Shown here: in pieces, positions 45,000-56,055 of the stretch | Numbering within the stretch: position 1 is the first letter of the stretch | Layout: each line of letters opens with the position of its first letter | Assembly (NCBI GenBank): GCA_902475375.1 | Contig: CABRZC010000002.1 | Span: forward strand, 3,024 to 67,023 | DNA length: 64,000 nt | Direction of reading: 5' to 3' | Source: an uncultured Collinsella sp. | Lineage (GTDB): Bacteria; Actinomycetota; Coriobacteriia; Coriobacteriales; Coriobacteriaceae | The notes under the pieces: model-generated | Databases searched by the model: none | What the model was told of the DNA's origin: nothing | What the model saw: the letters and a program-made list of their open reading frames with translations, nothing else | Translations under genes and position numbers: made by a program

Positions 45000-47216
45000 T
45001 TACTTGTCGCCGCCGAGCTTGTGCGGTTTGTAGGCGAGCGCGTTGACGAGTGCGTCGGCGGCGGACTTGACGGCCGCCGGCTGCGGATCGTTAACGTGGT
45101 CCTCGGGATGCACGGGCAGGTCCTTCTTGACGGCATCGTGGATGAGCTTAAGGTACTCGGCCACGCCCGCGTTTGAAAGGTGCGTGCCGTCGCCGTCGAA
45201 CAGATCGTTGCGGTTGGCGCTATATCCGTACCAGTCGATAACGCGAACGTTTTTATAGCGCGAGGCGGCGTTGGCAATGGCCTGATTGGTGGCGCCGACC
45301 CATGGCTGCGGGCTGCGCGTGTTTACAAATACGACGATGCGCTGATCGCCGGCATCGGCCATGATGGCGTCAATCTGGGCGTCGGTCACCAGGCCGTTGG
45401 TGCCCAGCGCAAAGACCACGATCTTGCCGGCGAGATTCTGCTGGATATATCCCTCAAATGTCGCGCGGCCCGCATCAAACTGGCGGCCCTTTTCGGCATC
45501 GATGTGACTGTGGGGGAACACGCCGTCAAAGGAATCGACGGCGCGCAGCGACACGGAGTCGCCGATCATCAGCAGGTCGTAGGATCCGTCGGGGAAGCCG
45601 TCGTTGTCCTTGTCGGTGTCATCGGCCGCCTGCTGGTCCTGGGGTTTTGCATTTTTGGCTTCCTTGTTTAGGATTTCGGCGCCCTCGCCGCTCAGCGCGG
45701 ATGTGTCGGGCACAAAGACCAGACCACCCAGCGCCACGACAAGCACGACGCCACAAACGGCGCACACGGGAATATGCGCGCGCACCCAGCTTGCGGGCGT
45801 GGTGGTGCCTTCGCGGAGCTCGGAAACGGTGCGCCCAAAGGCGCCCTTCCTAAACGGCGTTTCGATAAAGCGATAGGAGCACTCGGCTACGGCGACCACC
45901 ACAAGTACCTGCAGGATGTACTGCCACCAGGGCGTATCGCTGATGTTGGCGACCGGGTTCATGAGCAGCAGCAGTGGATAGTGCCACAGGTAGATGCTGT
46001 ACGAGCGCTTGCCAACCCACACGAGCGGCTCGGCGGACAGCGCGCGGGCAACCATTCCCTGGGGCTGCACGCAGGCCGCGATGACCATGAGCGTGAGGAT
46101 GGAGCATAACAGCGTGCCGCCGCGATACTGGAACGCGGTGTAGCCGTTGGTGAGCGCGACCATGGCGGCAAGGCCAACCAGACCCACGACGCCCAAGACA
46201 TCGATGGATGCGGGCGAGGACCAAAAGCGCACGAGGACGCTCGGCTGTGCCAGGGCGGTATCGGCTGATTCGTCGGCCTTCTTGCCAGGCTTGTTCTCGG
46301 CGTTCTTGCCGTGCTTGGCGGCGCTAGCCAGGCGATTGAGCCCCAAACGATGAGCGAGGCGCACCGGCGCCAGGTCGCAATCGGGGATAAAGGCCATCCA
46401 GGCACCCAGCAGCAGCGAGAACACGCGGGTGTCGGTGCCGTAGTACACGCGGCTGGGGTCGGCGGCAGGGTTGTAAAGCACCATCATGGCGAGGGCGGAT
46501 ACCGCGGCAAGGCCCAGAACCACGCGGCGCGTGTTGGGCTTGCTCACATGCATGGATACCATGGCAAACAGCAGTGGCGGCCAAATCAGGTAGAACTGTT
46601 CCTCGATGGCAAGCGACCAAAAGTGCGTGAGCGGCGAGGGGTCGCCCAGAGCATTGAAGTACGAGACGTTTTGGGCAATCTGCCACCAGTTGTTGAAGAA
46701 CAACAGCGACGGCAGGATGTCGGGGCGCATCTTGGTGAGCATCACGTGGTTAAAGATGGTGCACAGCGCGCAGGTCACCACCACGACGGTCACCACGGCG
46801 GGGACCAGGCGACGGATGCGGCGAATCCAGAAGTTCTTAAGGTCGATGCGGCCGGTCTTAGCGACTTCATTGAGCAGCAAACGCGTGATCAGATAGCCCG
46901 AAAGCACAAAGAAGATCGTGACGCCGAGCAGGCCGCCCTGTGCCCATGTGAGGTTGAGGTGATAGAGCACCACCGCGACGACGGCGAGCGTGCGCAGGCC
47001 GTCGAGGGCGGGGATATAGCGAGATTTGGGGCGCGTGGGCGCCTGTTCCTCTGCGGCGCTGTTGGTGCGGTCACCCTTGTTGGCGGGCACGCGATGAGAG
47101 TCTGCGGCGCGGCGCGGCTCGGTGGCTTGTCGGTTAGCGCGCGAACGTTCGTGCGGCGCTCGTTGATCGCTCGCGTGGCGTGAGCTGCGTGAGCTCGATC
47201 GCGGGAGTTGTTCCAT
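45000..47216 (-). CDS. OafA/YrhL-type acyltransferase (acyltransferase_3 membrane domain plus C-terminal SGNH domain)
   Basis: LDGLRTLAVVAVVLYHL...GVTIFFVLSGYLIT, about 10 TM helices, a C-terminal MIGDSVS (GDS motif), and DGTHLS. Confidence 0.85.
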   Translation of the reverse strand: MEQLPRSSSRSSRHASDQRAPHERSRANRQATEPRRAADSHRVPANKGDRTNSAAEEQAPTRPKSRYIPALDGLRTLAVVAVVLYHLNLTWAQGGLLGVTIFFVLSGYLITRLLLNEVAKTGRIDLKNFWIRRIRRLVPAVVTVVVVTCALCTIFNHVMLTKMRPDILPSLLFFNNWWQIAQNVSYFNALGDPSPLTHFWSLAIEEQFYLIWPPLLFAMVSMHVSKPNTRRVVLGLAAVSALAMMVLYNPAADPSRVYYGTDTRVFSLLLGAWMAFIPDCDLAPVRLAHRLGLNRLASAAKHGKNAENKPGKKADESADTALAQPSVLVRFWSSPASIDVLGVVGLVGLAAMVALTNGYTAFQYRGGTLLCSILTLMVIAACVQPQGMVARALSAEPLVWVGKRSYSIYLWHYPLLLLMNPVANISDTPWWQYILQVLVVVAVAECSYRFIETPFRKGAFGRTVSELREGTTTPASWVRAHIPVCAVCGVVLVVALGGLVFVPDTSALSGEGAEILNKEAKNAKPQDQQAADDTDKDNDGFPDGSYDLLMIGDSVSLRAVDSFDGVFPHSHIDAEKGRQFDAGRATFEGYIQQNLAGKIVVFALGTNGLVTDAQIDAIMADAGDQRIVVFVNTRSPQPWVGATNQAIANAASRYKNVRVIDWYGYSANRNDLFDGDGTHLSNAGVAEYLKLIHDAVKKDLPVHPEDHVNDPQPAAVKSAADALVNALAYKPHKLGGDK

Positions 47217-47402
47217 AAAACTTCATCCAATGACGAGAATAATCAGCACGCCTTCATTGTAGCCGCCTGCTCCTGTGAATGCTTGCTGCCGGTGCAAGCT
47301 CAAGCGCGCGTTCACATCAAAGTGAACTAAAGTTATAGAGGCGCGAGAGCGCACGATTGACGGCCAACAGCGGGTGCAGAGCTCGCGGACGAGGAGGTTT
47401 CC

Positions 47403-48398
47403 ATGGCAGATTGCGGCATCGTTGCGGTGTTCGGCAGCATGAACATGGACCTTTCGGTGGCGTGCGAGCGCATGCCGCGTGCGGGCGAGACCGTCGGCGG
47501 CAGCGGATTTATCAGCAATGCCGGCGGTAAGGGCGCCAACCAGGCCGTGGCAGCTGCACGCATGGGCGCGCGCACGTGCATGATCGGCGCGGTCGGGCGC
47601 GATGCGTTTGGCACGTCGCTCGTGGCGGGGCTCCAAGATGCTGGCGTGGACTGTGACTTTGTGGCGCGTCGCGATGATGTGGAGACGGGAACGGCGACCA
47701 TCATTCGCTGCGAGGGCGACAACCGCATCGTGCTGTCACCGGGTGCCAACCATGCGCTTGCGGGCGAGGACGTTGCCTGCGCGCTGAGACGTCTGGTGGC
47801 CGACGAGCTCGACGGCGACGCCAGCGATATTGCCCCGGCTGCCGGAAGCGTCTTTATTGCCCAGGGCGAATGTGACCTTGCAGCGACGGCCGAGGCACTT
47901 GTTTACGCTCACGTGCTGGGGTTCTATACGATCTTTAATCCAGCGCCTGCCTGTGAGTTGCCTGCGGAGGCCTGGCCTGCGGTCGACTTGGTCTGCCCCA
48001 ACGAGACCGAGTGCCAGGTGCTGACGGGTATCCTGCCCAAGGACGATGAGAGCTGCGCTGCTGCGCTCAACGCCCTGCTCGCCAAGGGTGCCGGCGCCGC
48101 GGTCATCACGCTGGGTGGCGCCGGCTCGGTTACGCTTGGCGATGACGGCGAGCAGCTGCGCATGCCGGCACTTTCGTGCGCGGTGGTCGATACGACGGCC
48201 GCGGGCGATACGTTTATCGGCGCACTTGCAGCTGCCCGTCTGGAAGGCCTGCCGCTCTTTGAGTGCATGGCGGCGGGCGCACGCGCCTCGGCGGTGACGG
48301 TGTCGCGCTTGGGTGCTCAGCAATCGATTCCCACGCGTGCCGAAGTTGAGCGCGTGTTTGATTTAGACGATTTAGTACAAGACGGAGAAGCGGAGTAG
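47403..48398 (+). CDS. rbsK: ribokinase
   Basis: GSMNMDL...GGKGANQAVAAARMG at the N-terminus and DTTAAGDTFIGAL near the C-terminus. Confidence 0.8.
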   Translation: MADCGIVAVFGSMNMDLSVACERMPRAGETVGGSGFISNAGGKGANQAVAAARMGARTCMIGAVGRDAFGTSLVAGLQDAGVDCDFVARRDDVETGTATIIRCEGDNRIVLSPGANHALAGEDVACALRRLVADELDGDASDIAPAAGSVFIAQGECDLAATAEALVYAHVLGFYTIFNPAPACELPAEAWPAVDLVCPNETECQVLTGILPKDDESCAAALNALLAKGAGAAVITLGGAGSVTLGDDGEQLRMPALSCAVVDTTAAGDTFIGALAAARLEGLPLFECMAAGARASAVTVSRLGAQQSIPTRAEVERVFDLDDLVQDGEAE

Positions 48399-48402
48399 AA
48401 CA

Positions 48403-49377
48403 ATGGCAATTAAGAAGCTGATCCTTGATCTGGATATGGGCGTGGACGACGCGATGGCGCTTGCCTACGCCATTGCGAGCCCCGAGGTGGAGCTCGTCGG
48501 CATTACCACGTGCTTTGGCAACGTGCGCGTCGACCAGTCGGCGCATAACTGCTTGGCGGTGCTCGACCTGTTGGGTCGTCCCGAGGTGCCGGTGTACCTG
48601 GGCGCCGATCGTCCCATTAAGGCGACTGAGCCCTATACACCGCCGGCGTCCACCACGCTCATCCACGGTAAGAACGGCATCGGCGGCGCGAGCGTGCCCG
48701 CGTCGCCGTATGAGCCGGTGGGGGCGACGTCGGCTGATGGCAACGCGGCGGTCGATTATCTGATTGATGCCGCGCGCACCTATGGCCCCGATCTGGTCTA
48801 CGTAGCGACCGGCCCGCTCTCCAACCTGGCGCTTGCCCTGGAGCGCGATGCGACAGCGGTGATGTCTATCGGTCGCGTGGTGGTTATGGGCGGCGCCCTG
48901 ACCGTGCCCGGCAACGTGAGCGCGGGTGCCGAGGCCAACATGGCAAGTGATCCCGAGGCGGCCGACGCCGTGCTGCGTTCGGGCCGCAAGCTCACTATGG
49001 TGGGTTTGGATGTGACGCATCGCGTGGTGCTCACGCGTCGCGACATTGCCGGCTGGACGGGCTCGGGCACCATGGCGGGCTGCGCATTTGCGAGCATGGT
49101 CGAGCACTACATTGGCTCGTACGAGATGAACGCACCCTACCTGGTTGGTTGTGCGCTGCACGATCCACTGGCCGTTGCCGTGGCGATCGACCCCACGCTC
49201 GTGGGCGCGCTCGGCTGTAACCTGCGCGTCGACCTGCTCGGCGAGTATCGCGGCCGCACCATCTGCGATGAGCGCCGTGTGGCCGACCCCGACAAGAGCG
49301 CACTCGTGGCGCTGACTGTTGACGCTCCGCGCTTCCTGTCCGAGTTCAAGACGCGCATGGCTCGTGTCCTTGGCTAA
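48403..49377 (+). CDS. nucleoside hydrolase (IUNH family)
   Basis: The N-terminal LDLDMGVDDAMAL fits the DxDxxxDD fingerprint. Length of 324 aa is typical for the family. Confidence 0.85.
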   Translation: MAIKKLILDLDMGVDDAMALAYAIASPEVELVGITTCFGNVRVDQSAHNCLAVLDLLGRPEVPVYLGADRPIKATEPYTPPASTTLIHGKNGIGGASVPASPYEPVGATSADGNAAVDYLIDAARTYGPDLVYVATGPLSNLALALERDATAVMSIGRVVVMGGALTVPGNVSAGAEANMASDPEAADAVLRSGRKLTMVGLDVTHRVVLTRRDIAGWTGSGTMAGCAFASMVEHYIGSYEMNAPYLVGCALHDPLAVAVAIDPTLVGALGCNLRVDLLGEYRGRTICDERRVADPDKSALVALTVDAPRFLSEFKTRMARVLG

Positions 49378-49479
49378 GTTGTCTTTTTGGATGGGGCTTT
49401 TTTGACTGGTATGATTGGTGCGACCATTCGAACCAGCTAAAAGAGCCCCGTCCCAATTTGACTATCGAGAGGATCTGCC

Positions 49480-49968
49480 ATGGAGCGCATCGCGAGTTTT
49501 TCCGTTGACCATCTGCTGCTTGAGCCCGGCGTGTATGTGAGCCGCATCGACCGCGATCCGGCGACCGGCGCTGTCGTCACCACCTTTGATCTGCGCTTGA
49601 CCACGCCCAACAAGGAGCCGGTCATGAACACGGCTGAGTGCCACACCATCGAGCACCTGGGCGCGACGTTCCTTCGCAATCATGCCGAGTGGTCGAGCCG
49701 CATTGTCTACTTTGGCCCCATGGGCTGCCGCACGGGCTTTTACCTGGTTGTCTTTGGCGAGCTGACGAGTGAGAAGATCTTGCCGCTCGTCCGCGAGCTG
49801 TTTGAGTTTGTCGCCGGCTTCGAGGGCGATGTCCCCGGTGCCGCTCCCGAGGAGTGCGGTAACTACCTGGACCAGAACCTTCCTATGGCTAACTGGCTCG
49901 CACGCCGTTACCTCGACCGCGACTTGGCCGATATCGACGAGAAGCACCTGCACTATCAGCAGGCATAA
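49480..49968 (+). CDS. luxS: S-ribosylhomocysteine lyase
   Basis: FSVDH, the metal motif HTIEHL, and GCRTGFY. Length 162 aa. Confidence 0.9.
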   Translation: MERIASFSVDHLLLEPGVYVSRIDRDPATGAVVTTFDLRLTTPNKEPVMNTAECHTIEHLGATFLRNHAEWSSRIVYFGPMGCRTGFYLVVFGELTSEKILPLVRELFEFVAGFEGDVPGAAPEECGNYLDQNLPMANWLARRYLDRDLADIDEKHLHYQQA

Positions 49969-50049
49969 GAGCTTTATCGCCCAAAACGAGCGCATTGGGC
50001 GCCTTCGCTTATGCGGGGGCGCCTTTTTGTTGATTGGTCGGGACGAGCG

Positions 50050-50102
50050 TTCAAAATCGCTCATGTTTGTTCTAGAATGTTCGTATAGTCACATTTACGA
50101 AC
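50050..50102 (+). promoter_or_regulatory. candidate promoter with adjacent palindromic operator
   Basis: TTCAAA (50050-50055) - 17 nt - TAGAAT (50073-50078). It is followed immediately by GTTCGTA-N10-TACGAAC (50079-50102), then AGGAGC and ATG 50113. Confidence 0.4.
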
Positions 50103-50112
50103 AGGAGCGAAC

Positions 50113-50757
50113 ATGCATATCTATTCTGTTGAGGATTCCGAGTTCAAGTCCTATGGCAACGTTTGGGATAACGTTCCGTCCGAGCTCACGTCGCCCGTGC
50201 TCGAGGCGCTTTCTGCCACGCCCATTCCCGAGGGCAGCAAGTACGTAGCAAGTGCGCCGGAGCTTGAGGGCGTCAAGGATGCCGATAAGCTGGGCTTTCT
50301 CATGTTTGGTGGCCGTCCCTTCCAGTTCGGCTGGTGCAACGGCCACAACACGCGTCTCAACTGCCTAGAGTATCACCGTGCCAGCGAGTTCAACCTGGGC
50401 GCGCGCGACTTTATCCTGCTCGTGGCGCATCGTTGGGAGATCGAGGACGGCATGCTCGATACCGCTCAGGTCAAGGCGTTCCGCGTGCCGGCGGGCAAGG
50501 TTGTCGAGGTTTTCAACACCACGCTGCACTACACGCCCTGCATGGTCGACGACGGCGGCTTCCAGGTGATGGTGGCGCTGCCGGCAGGTACCAATGGCCC
50601 GCGCCCCGAGGCTGCAGCTGACATGCCCGCGGCCGGCGACAGCTACTGCTACTGGAAGGCTGACAAGTGGGTTCTCTGCCACGCCGACAGCCCCAAGGCT
50701 GCCGAAGGCGGCTACGTAGGCCTCGTCGGCAAAAACCTCGACATCACCGTGGACTAG
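50113..50757 (+). CDS. DUF4867-like protein
   Basis: 214 codons with a good SD. The family assignment is from memory of the N-terminal pattern (IYSVEDSEFKSYG) and is tentative. Confidence 0.45.
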   Translation: MHIYSVEDSEFKSYGNVWDNVPSELTSPVLEALSATPIPEGSKYVASAPELEGVKDADKLGFLMFGGRPFQFGWCNGHNTRLNCLEYHRASEFNLGARDFILLVAHRWEIEDGMLDTAQVKAFRVPAGKVVEVFNTTLHYTPCMVDDGGFQVMVALPAGTNGPRPEAAADMPAAGDSYCYWKADKWVLCHADSPKAAEGGYVGLVGKNLDITVD

Positions 50758-50766
50758 AATCTTCCA

Positions 50767-50821
50767 TCTCGATCTGTAACACCTAGCGGGCAAAATCGCC
50801 TCTACCTGTTACAGATCGAGA
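50767..50821 (+). promoter_or_regulatory. leader hairpin 1 with RAT-like sequence in its 5' arm and loop
   Basis: TCTCGATCTGTAACA (50767-50781) pairs with TGTTACAGATCGAGA (50807-50821). The stretch 50771-50800 (GATCTGTAACACCTAGCGGGCAAAATCGCC) resembles BglG/LicT RAT sites. Confidence 0.45.
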
Positions 50822-50847
50822 CAAATTGCAGGGGATAGAACGAACAA

Positions 50848-50903
50848 TCTCGATCTGTAACACCAGGCCCGGTTTTGGCGGCCTACCTGTTACAGATCAA
50901 GAC
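50848..50903 (+). repeat. leader hairpin 2 (second copy of the same stem, different loop)
   Basis: TCTCGATCTGTAACA (50848-50862) pairs with TGTTACAGATCAAGA (50889-50903), with one mismatch. It lies 81 nt after copy 1. Confidence 0.7.
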
Positions 50904-51046
50904 AAACCTGCCCAAACCACCACAAAGGTGCCTGTCCCCTTTGTGGCGGCTTGGGCGGGAAGGTATCAAAAAGTATCAGACGGGGGCGGCTGCCGAGCGC
51001 CTGCGCGCGAAAAGAAGTGTCGACCTGCGCCGTTGCCGTTGAGTAG

Positions 51047-52534
<1,488 letters not shown>

Positions 52535-52570
52535 GGAAGCTGAGACACTCGACTTCAGAGTCTCCTGACC

Positions 52571-52609
52571 AAGGCGCCCGGCGAGCAGCTAATGCTCGCC
52601 GGGCGCCTT
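52571..52609 (+). terminator. stem-loop after the GH1 gene
   Basis: AAGGCGCCCGGCGAGC-AGCTAAT-GCTCGCCGGGCGCCTT forms a perfect 16-bp stem with no U tract. Confidence 0.65.
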
Positions 52610-52760
52610 GCCGTCTGCGGATTTTGGGACATGCGGCCCGCTTTTTCGACCCATCTGTCGGTACACTAAAAGCACTATGGGTACCCGCGAGCGACATATC
52701 GGCCACGCGGCCGCCCGATCCGCTCCCGTGGCGGATCCCAGGGGCGGCAGGCTCTTCGCC

Positions 52761-54560
52761 ATGCCGCGATTCCTTGTTGGCATAACACATCAGGTGTACC
52801 GCCACCGCGTCTTTGCTATCGCCGGTGTCATCACCGCGCTGTTCCTCATGCTTTTGGCAGTCTTGCCGGCGCTGTTCGCCTTCGACCCCAAACTTTCTAA
52901 CGCCGTGCCCGCCTATAGCGAGGTGTCCGAAGAGGTCGTGGATGCGCTCGTCCATTCGAGCTCTCTCCCGCTGCTTGTCGCCGCAATTATATTTTCGATC
53001 TGGGGCGTATCGGTCTATCTGCGCTGTTTGGACTATGTGTTGCGCCGCCGCCTTGTTGCCATCGCCTCCATCTGCGCCCTGTGGATGATCGAAGTCATTC
53101 TCAAGTACAAGTCGTTCACGCCGTTCTATGCCACCGTGCTGTGGTACCTGTACTACGTGCCCATGACGCTCATTCCGCTGATCTACCAGTTGTGTGGTCT
53201 GCGCCTTGCGGGCCTGGAGCAACACCGCCTGGGTCGCCGCTACTGCGCTGCGCTGTGGATTGTGGCCATCCTGCTTATCGGATTTGTGCTCACCAACGAT
53301 TTTCACCAGCAGGTCTTCCGCTTTGACCGTACAAGCGACACCTGGAGCAACGATTACACGTACGGCTGGGGTTATTTCGCTGTCCTCGTGTGGACGGCCT
53401 TTGACTTCGTGGCCTTTTTTATCCTGGTTGGTCGGTCCTCGTCCTTTCGCATCCAGCGATTCTCGGGCACGGCGGCGCTCGTGCTGCTGGGTGGCGCATT
53501 CTTTGCCATCTCGTATGCGTTGCGCGTGCCCTGGGCATGGAGGCTCAACTTTTCGCTCGTCTATTGCGTCCTGTGCGTGGTGGCGATGGAAATCTGTCTC
53601 GATTGCGGTGTCATTCCGTCGTATCACGACATCGCCGGCATCTTCGACACCTTGCCGCTCGACCTCAAAGTTCTAACGCGCGATCTGCAGGAGGTCTATG
53701 CCACGCCGGTGTCAAAGCCAATGCCGGTAGGCGTGCGCGAGGAGCTGCGGACCCAGGAGCACGGCCACGCCCATGCCTTTGCCGTGGCGTCCGATCCCGA
53801 TGTGATGTACCGTGCCTTTCCACTGCTGGGCGGATCGGCCCTGCTTGCCCAAGACGTGTCGGAGCTCAACGAGCTTAACCGTGAGCTGGCACATCGTCGC
53901 ATGGAGCTGCAACGTCAAAACGAGCTGCTCGCCGCCGACTACGACCTTAAGACGCATTTGGCAGATCAAGAGGCCGAGACCTTGCTGGTCCAAGACGTGG
54001 ACCAGGCGATTGCCCGCGCGCTCGAAGGGATGTACGACCTGCTGAGCTCGCTGCCGCCGTTGACCGACGAGGCGTCTTCGCACGAGCGTTACCGCATGCT
54101 GCAGCGCGCCAAGATGCTCGTCGCCTATTGCAAGCGCAAGGGGTCGCTCACGTTGGCACAGCATGGGGAGAGCGGTTTTGATCGCGACCGCATTCAGCTC
54201 ATTGCCAACGAGCTCGCGAGCGACCTGCGCACCATCGATATCGATTGCGCCTCGATTATCGCCATACGGCGCCCGATGCGCGCCAGTACGGTAAGCGCCC
54301 TGTACGACTGCGTGTATGACTTTGCGTTTTTTGCCTACACCACCGACCATCCGGCGCTTATGTATCACTTGGGCGACCATGACCGATGCAGTGTCGAGCT
54401 GCGCGCCACGCTTTTTTCCAACGATGATGCAGATCTTTCGCAGACGCCCGCTGCGCAAGAGCTCGAAAGCGCTTTGCAAGGGCGCAACGTGGCATATCGC
54501 CTTGAGGGCGAGCCCGGCCAGCTGCGCATGATCGTCTTGATGCCGAGGGCAGGTGAGTGA
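52761..54560 (+). CDS. 7TM-receptor protein with degenerate histidine-kinase-like C-terminus (pseudo-kinase)
   Basis: I chose the start at ATG 52761; the track start at 52608 overlaps the terminator. There are about 7 TM helices and then a coiled coil. The H-box-like segment AETLLVQDVDQAIARAL has Gln (53991-53993) where His is expected. No N or G boxes are visible in the C-terminal domain. Confidence 0.6.
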   Translation: MPRFLVGITHQVYRHRVFAIAGVITALFLMLLAVLPALFAFDPKLSNAVPAYSEVSEEVVDALVHSSSLPLLVAAIIFSIWGVSVYLRCLDYVLRRRLVAIASICALWMIEVILKYKSFTPFYATVLWYLYYVPMTLIPLIYQLCGLRLAGLEQHRLGRRYCAALWIVAILLIGFVLTNDFHQQVFRFDRTSDTWSNDYTYGWGYFAVLVWTAFDFVAFFILVGRSSSFRIQRFSGTAALVLLGGAFFAISYALRVPWAWRLNFSLVYCVLCVVAMEICLDCGVIPSYHDIAGIFDTLPLDLKVLTRDLQEVYATPVSKPMPVGVREELRTQEHGHAHAFAVASDPDVMYRAFPLLGGSALLAQDVSELNELNRELAHRRMELQRQNELLAADYDLKTHLADQEAETLLVQDVDQAIARALEGMYDLLSSLPPLTDEASSHERYRMLQRAKMLVAYCKRKGSLTLAQHGESGFDRDRIQLIANELASDLRTIDIDCASIIAIRRPMRASTVSALYDCVYDFAFFAYTTDHPALMYHLGDHDRCSVELRATLFSNDDADLSQTPAAQELESALQGRNVAYRLEGEPGQLRMIVLMPRAGE

Positions 54561-56055
54561 CGATGCAGATTTCGCTCATCCTTCCCCAAATCGTTGCGCT
54601 CGATGTTGTCTTTGCCCTGGCTGCGTGTCTGCAGACGATCCACGTCCCGCTCATCGCATCGCGCCGCTCGTCCTATAACCGTAAGGTGATTTGCGCCTAC
54701 GAGGCGAGCCTTGTGCTTCACCTGATGATTTCGGCGCTCATCTTATTCGCGTCGTCTGGCTCGTATCTGGTGGCGCCGCTTGACGTTTGCGCCAGGGCAA
54801 TGGGCGGAGTGCTGTGGCTCAATGCCGCGATCTTTGCCTATGGCGTGACGCTTATGGTGCACTATCGTCGCCCCGTCATGCTGCCCGAACTGTTGCTCGT
54901 TGCCGCCGTGACACCGCCGGTGGTTTTTGCCATGGGCTCGGCGTGGACCGTTGTCCTTATCGCAGAGGGAGCGTTCTTCCTGTTCCGCTCCATCGCGGCG
55001 CTCTTGATGGATATCCGCAACCGCCAGGAGGATATCACCGCGTTTTCGACGATCGAAACCATCAACGTGATCCCCGTGGGCATCCTGTATCTAGACCCGA
55101 GGGGCCGTCCACTGCTCATGAACCGTGCATGCGCAAAAACCTGGTGGAGTTTCATATGCCCACCGACCTAGACGATATGAGCGGTACATGGAACGACCTG
55201 CGTAAACTCAGCATGCAAATGCCAGAAAGCAGCCAGAACCGCGTGCGCATTAATCTGGACCGCTTTGGTGAGGTGCGCGTTGTGGTCGAGGTTTCTCCCG
55301 CCGAGATTCGCTTGTTTGTGCACGATGACGTTATGGTTTCGGGCCGCCTCTTCGAGCGCATTATCGGTCTGGATGTAACAGAGTATGCGCATGCTCACGA
55401 TCGCCTGGCGCAGGCCAACCACCTGCTTGAGCTTGCGGGCCAAGAGCTCCAGGCCCAGATCGAAGAAGTAAAAAAGGTTGCCGACAATGCGGCCTATCTG
55501 CGTATGCGCGCTCGCGTGCACGACGTGATCGGCCAGCGCCTGTCCATCCTCCATCGCTATTTGGAGGAGGGGCGCCTGGACGACGAGTCGCTCGAGCAGA
55601 TCGATCCGTTGCTGCGCTCGATCGCTGCCGATCTGCGCAGCGGGGGCGACACCGAACCGGCAGAGCAACTGGGCGATATCGTCCATGCCTTTGGCCTGGT
55701 GAGCGTGCAGATCGATGTGGAGGGCGAGCTGCCAAGCGACGCGCGTGTCGCCGCAGCCTTTCTGCAGATTATCCGCGAGGCCTCGACCAATGCCACCAAG
55801 CATGCACAGGCCCATCAGGTCCATGTGCGCCTGCGGCAGGAGACGTCGGAAGACGGCGCTGTTGCGCGGATGACCGTTTCTAACGACGGCGCGCCTGCAC
55901 CCGTATCGTATCGCGAGGGAACGGGTATCCCTGGTATGAGGCATGTCGCACAGAATCTGGGCGGCAGCCTGGAAGTCCACGCCGCCCCGTCCTTTACGCT
56001 TGCAGTGTCCATCCCGCTCGTCTCCAACGCCACGGTCCAAAGGAGAAGCTCATGA
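54557..56055 (+). pseudogene. HisKA_3 sensor histidine kinase interrupted by a 1-nt frameshift near 55127-55131
   Basis: The membrane/PAS-like part is in frame 2 (54557-55171, ...GILYLDPRGRPLLMNRA). The catalytic part is in frame 1 (MRKNLVEF..., H-box RARVHDVIGQRL, N-box REASTNATKHA, G-box GTGIPGMRHV) and runs to 56055. The sequences join sensibly only if one base is added after GC at 55127-55128. Alternatively, a soluble kinase could start at ATG 55156. Confidence 0.55.

Noticed and set aside
49405-49445. tRNA-like T-arm (GGTTCGAA on the minus strand) in the gap between the nucleoside hydrolase gene and luxS.
   Set aside because: The flanking bases do not form a T stem, and no acceptor, D or anticodon arms can be drawn. 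The segment is instead the loop of an imperfect hairpin at 49393-49449 that probably ends the upstream operon.
54787-55155. N-terminal 123 codons of track ORF 54787-56055.
   Set aside because: This part is Arg/Pro/Gly-rich (RQGNGRSAVAQCRDLCLWRDAYGALSSPRHAARTVARCRR...). It overlaps a convincing multi-TM reading frame at 54557-55171. Only the part from about 55129 onward looks like real kinase sequence.
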